Shown piece by piece: positions 25,556 to 28,314 of a stretch of 28,314 bases of DNA. The notes beneath the pieces were generated by a model, which had not been told where the DNA came from, did not search any database, and worked only from the letters and a program-made list of their open reading frames with translations. Position numbers and translations under genes: made by a program. The DNA lies in IMG/VR virus record IMGVR_UViG_3300017909_002960, positions 1-28,314 of that record; one strand, given 5' to 3'. Numbering within the stretch: position 1 is the first letter of the stretch; each line of letters starts with the position of its first letter. This DNA is from a virus. Taxonomy: Duplodnaviria > Caudoviricetes.

Positions 25556-25807
25556 CTATTGCCTAAATTCAGTTGCCCACTCATAATAATAGGCATTATG
25601 TTTTCTTGAATACTTTTCACAATCGCAGGATAATGTTTGAATATTCATTTGTAATTTTGTTTTAATTTCATATATAATTTTTCTTGCTTCAGGGCTTGTA
25701 AAACTACAAATAAAATCTCCACGATTTAATTTGTCATATATATTTTGTTTAATATTGCTTTTAAACTCATTTTCTTTTATAGGTTTTTGTGGAGTTCCTA
25801 AATACAT
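25556..25807 (-). CDS. Hypothetical protein, 83 aa
   Basis: SD AAAGGA; coupled to upstream gene. Confidence 0.6.
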   Translation of the reverse strand: MYLGTPQKPIKENEFKSNIKQNIYDKLNRGDFICSFTSPEARKIIYEIKTKLQMNIQTLSCDCEKYSRKHNAYYYEWATEFRQ

Positions 25808-25808
25808 A

Positions 25809-26600
25809 TTATTCCTTTCTAAGTTGCTGATCGGTTATTGTGAAGTGCTTTGTTGATCCCTGTGAGCACCTTTTTGAGTTATTATATCCTTTTTCAAGAA
25901 TATCTGTATCTGTTACTCCATTGTGTCGTAGGCACTCGTTTGTGTGCTGAAAAGTACCATTGAACTCAACACCCCATTTTCTGAAACTATGCACTAATTT
26001 TGCTTGTTCTCCATGATCCATAAATCTACCGACCAATAATAAATAATTGGTAGCAAATACTCGGCCATGCTTTGCAGATCGTTGGTGTGCAAGTTCGTGT
26101 AATATTGTTGCGTCACTTGCCCAACTTTTTAAAGTAATTGTATTGTCGGAGTGATACCAACAAGATCCTGTGTCTCCTTTGCAGGTAATTTTTGGTTGAG
26201 ATGAGTAAAAATACTTTTTATAAAATGCTTTTGTATATATTGTTCTTTTTATTTGTGCATTTACTAATTTATTTACTTTATCTTTTGGAAGTCTGTTAGG
26301 ATTTTTTGCTCCATATATCCAAGTAAATCTGTTTTGATTTACTATGTCGTTGTAATTTTTAGCATTTACATCATAATTATCAATGTAATACATTTCATAT
26401 TTACCTGTGTGGCCAACAATTACACCTGTTTGATCAACAATGAAGCGAAAGTTTTTATTAGGTTTTTTGTCAGTAAAAGTTGCAGAATTTATTTCACGAA
26501 GGTTAGGGATCAAGTTATAGGAAGTCCTTAAAACACCTTCTGCGTCATAGACTTTATTTTGTTGTTTTTTAACTGTATTCACTCTTTTATTTATCCCCAT
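25809..26600 (-). CDS. Basic protein with zincin (SprT-like) HExxH motif, 263 aa
   Basis: TILHELAHQRSAKHGRVF (HExxH-x5-HG). Confidence 0.7.
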   Translation of the reverse strand: MGINKRVNTVKKQQNKVYDAEGVLRTSYNLIPNLREINSATFTDKKPNKNFRFIVDQTGVIVGHTGKYEMYYIDNYDVNAKNYNDIVNQNRFTWIYGAKNPNRLPKDKVNKLVNAQIKRTIYTKAFYKKYFYSSQPKITCKGDTGSCWYHSDNTITLKSWASDATILHELAHQRSAKHGRVFATNYLLLVGRFMDHGEQAKLVHSFRKWGVEFNGTFQHTNECLRHNGVTDTDILEKGYNNSKRCSQGSTKHFTITDQQLRKE

Positions 26601-26606
26601 ATAAAT

Positions 26607-26646
26607 ATTATAACACTTTACTTTAGGTTGTCAAATCTAAGATTTA
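26607..26646 (-). promoter_or_regulatory. Consensus promoter for a probably leaderless mRNA; operator-like box overlaps -35
   Basis: TTGACA-16-(TG-T)TATAAT-6 nt-ATG; AAATC-N3-GATTT at 26633-26645. Confidence 0.75.
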
Positions 26647-26783
26647 ATTAAAGGACTTCCTAATTCTGCAAGATAACAACCTGTGCAGATATGTCGCACA
26701 AGTGATCCTGCATTTTCAAGTTCATCAACAATAATATGGTGGTAAAATTTTTGTAATTTTCTTTTACAGGTATTACATTTCAT
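26637..26783 (-). CDS. 48-aa Zn-finger microprotein (not in track)
   Basis: MKCNTCKRKLQKFYHHIIVDELENAGSLVRHICTGCYLAELGSPLIKS; SD AAGGA; starts 1 nt after upstream stop. Confidence 0.65.
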   Translation of the reverse strand: MKCNTCKRKLQKFYHHIIVDELENAGSLVRHICTGCYLAELGSPLIKS

Positions 26784-26784
26784 T

Positions 26785-27003
26785 TTAATAATTCCTTCCC
26801 ATACGATCTGTCATGCTTTCAAACATTTCAGGTTGTGTTCTCCCTGTTTCAAATTTACAACAAGGTGTCATAACGCTTGTGTGTTGATATTCAAACAACA
26901 ACAAAACCCTTTCGTCGTCGTTTTTCCAAACACACTTTCCATCGTGCATTGTAAATTTTTTATAATCTTTTAATTCTGTTAATTTAACTAATTTTTCTTT
27001 CAT
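26785..27003 (-). CDS. Hypothetical protein, 72 aa
   Basis: SD AAAGGA; first gene after conserved promoter. Confidence 0.65.
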   Translation of the reverse strand: MKEKLVKLTELKDYKKFTMHDGKCVWKNDDERVLLLFEYQHTSVMTPCCKFETGRTQPEMFESMTDRMGRNY

Positions 27004-27036
27004 TTTTGTTCCTTTCTAAAAACAATTTATAAGACT

Positions 27037-27065
27037 AATTTAATCAAAGATTTAATATATGTCAA
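27037..27065 (-). promoter_or_regulatory. Sigma70-type promoter with embedded operator-like palindrome
   Basis: TTGACA-17-TAAATT; TAAATCTTTGATTAA at 27040-27054. Confidence 0.72.
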
Positions 27066-27125
27066 TTAACTTAAAATATTTTTCTCAGTAGATAATGCCT
27101 ACTGATACACCTTTGATCATTGATA

Positions 27126-27169
27126 GTTATGAACCGTTAGTCTAAAAATCGCTCTAGTTCAAACCTAGT
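27126..27169 (-). repeat. Dispersed ~44-bp element, copy 4 (divergent)
   Basis: ACTAGGTTTGAACTAGAGCGATTTTTAGACTAACGGTTCATAAC; ungapped match to copy 3 (ATACTAG, AGCGATTT, ATAACTAT). Confidence 0.5.
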
Positions 27170-27586
27170 ATATGTCTTGAGATTGATTTTCCAACAAAAT
27201 GCACTCGGCCACCAATGATTGATAGTGTCGTTATAAATTAGCCAACTTGCTACTGCAGTTGAAGTTTCTATGTCAAATCTATCTTGTTTGATTTTTAACT
27301 TATCTTTAAGCCAATTCCATGTGTGATCATTAAACTGCCATAATCCTTTATCATAGGAATTATCTTTATTTTTATTTACTGCATTAGGATTTCCTCTGCT
27401 TTCGCAATAGGTAATTCTTAAAGCAGTTTCTATATCATCATGCTCAAAATATTCACTAAACAAAGGTATATATTCTTGCATGTGCATAATGATTTCATTT
27501 CTATCTTTACAAGAAAAATACTGATCTAATTGATCCAATGAAATTGGAGATGACAAAACACAAGTTAAAATCAGACTTTCTAGCAA
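27137..27586 (-). CDS. SLT-family lytic transglycosylase with hydrophobic N-terminus
   Basis: CESRGNPNAVN (catalytic Glu), GLWQF, terminal WW motif. Confidence 0.85.
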   Translation of the reverse strand: MLESLILTCVLSSPISLDQLDQYFSCKDRNEIIMHMQEYIPLFSEYFEHDDIETALRITYCESRGNPNAVNKNKDNSYDKGLWQFNDHTWNWLKDKLKIKQDRFDIETSTAVASWLIYNDTINHWWPSAFCWKINLKTYTRFELERFLD

Positions 27587-27594
27587 AGCTTAAT

Positions 27595-27738
27595 TTACTT
27601 GTTATCTTGATCAGGCATTAAGTCTTTCAGCATTGTTATACCTACTTTTAGATCCTCGCTAAACCAAGTATCATTTTCAATATAAATAACTTTAGCTTTT
27701 AACCCGTCATTTTCTATACCAACTAATTCTTTAGCCAT
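27595..27738 (-). CDS. 47-aa hypothetical protein (not in track)
   Basis: MAKELVGIENDGLKAKVIYIENDTWFSEDLKVGITMLKDLMPDQDNK; fills the gap behind a promoter. Confidence 0.55.
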   Translation of the reverse strand: MAKELVGIENDGLKAKVIYIENDTWFSEDLKVGITMLKDLMPDQDNK

Positions 27739-27747
27739 ATATACCTA

Positions 27748-27776
27748 ATTTTATTTTAATCTTATATTTATGACAA
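27748..27776 (-). promoter_or_regulatory. Sigma70-type promoter with operator variant
   Basis: TTGTCA-17-TAAAAT; TAAATATAAGATTAA at 27756-27770. Confidence 0.55.
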
Positions 27777-27782
27777 AACAAG

Positions 27783-28313
27783 TTATAAAAGTTTAAGGTT
27801 ATCCCAACCCTTTTCATTAATTGTAAAACTAAGGACTGCAGGGTGGCTCCATAAACCTGTTCTTTCTGTAAAATCTATACTGCGATCAAGCGAAGGTGCT
27901 TGAAACCATGCTCTATCTCCCTGATATTTTGCTCTAAAATGGTGGTAATGTCCTGTTACAAGTATTTCTGCACTTCCAGAAGGTAAGAAACCATACATCT
28001 GTCCTTTCCACCAATTTTCTATCTTAACTTCAGGATTACTTCCTGAATTTCCTGTCATGTGGCCATGTGTCCAAGCAACTTTTTTCCCTTTTATTTCTAA
28101 AACCTGATGAAAACCTTCAGGAATTTCAACTTTTACTTTTTTATATCTTTCAGGATTTGCCTGCATAATTTCATTACAAATTTCTAAGTGCATTGTATCG
28201 CTATTATCTAATCTGTTAGTAAATACTTGACCTTTAGAACTTCTGCTCATTTCTCCATGGTTGCCTGGTATTCCTGCAAGAATAATTTTATCTGCATAAG
28301 GTAAAAAATTATC
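27783..28313 (-). CDS. Calcineurin-like metallophosphoesterase, C-terminal part (5' end outside window)
   Basis: Frame open to the window edge: PGNHGE, WTHGH, VTGHYHH motifs. Confidence 0.85.
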   Translation of the reverse strand, partial: DNFLPYADKIILAGIPGNHGEMSRSSKGQVFTNRLDNSDTMHLEICNEIMQANPERYKKVKVEIPEGFHQVLEIKGKKVAWTHGHMTGNSGSNPEVKIENWWKGQMYGFLPSGSAEILVTGHYHHFRAKYQGDRAWFQAPSLDRSIDFTERTGLWSHPAVLSFTINEKGWDNLKLL

Positions 28314-28314
28314 T

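Noticed and set aside
126-26531. Plus-strand ORFs in the track other than 22355..22816 (e.g. 126..419, 442..747, 4446..4760, 24241..24579)
   Set aside because: They are antisense shadows of well-supported minus-strand genes, with no SD, rare starts and no motifs
17436-27169. Reading the dispersed repeats as a CRISPR array or attP site
   Set aside because: Copies are kilobases apart and in mixed orientation; no cas, integrase or tRNA-like sequence is in the window
27137-27586. Calling the SLT protein the endolysin
   Set aside because: It lies among early genes with no holin nearby; the fold is supported but a lysis role is not
1-28314. Alternative genetic code or stop-codon reassignment
   Set aside because: Core genes are full length in code 11 and end in TAA, TAG and TGA

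Overview
A 28.3-kb, AT-rich (roughly 30% GC by eye) segment of a long-tailed, HK97-fold dsDNA phage genome. Nearly all genes are on the minus strand. Read in transcription order (right to left), the window holds: a partial metallophosphoesterase, an SLT transglycosylase, early cassettes of small ORFs, an HExxH protein, and a tandem-ParB + GREB1/TAGT-type glycosyltransferase + PD-(D/E)xK nuclease module. Next come the only plus-strand gene (a pyrimidine-dimer glycosylase-like protein), HTH, Sak/Rad52 and Rep genes, and a run of Zn-finger microproteins. The late region is terS, a DXD glycosyltransferase, terL, portal, MuF-like protein, prohead protease, capsid, neck, two paralogous tail-tube genes, chaperones, tape measure and tail tip. 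Protein families and apparently leaderless genes suggest a low-GC actinobacterial host (inference). No integrase, tRNA or CRISPR array was seen. The most notable signals are: two glycosyltransferases tied to ParB and packaging genes with no TET/JBP in the window; no GANTC site found in a manual scan; a 4-copy dispersed ~44-bp element; an AATC-N3-GATT operator-like box in 5-6 promoters; a structured RNA between terL and portal; a +1-type tail-chaperone frameshift; and several microproteins missing from the ORF track. All family assignments come from motif recognition, not database searches.
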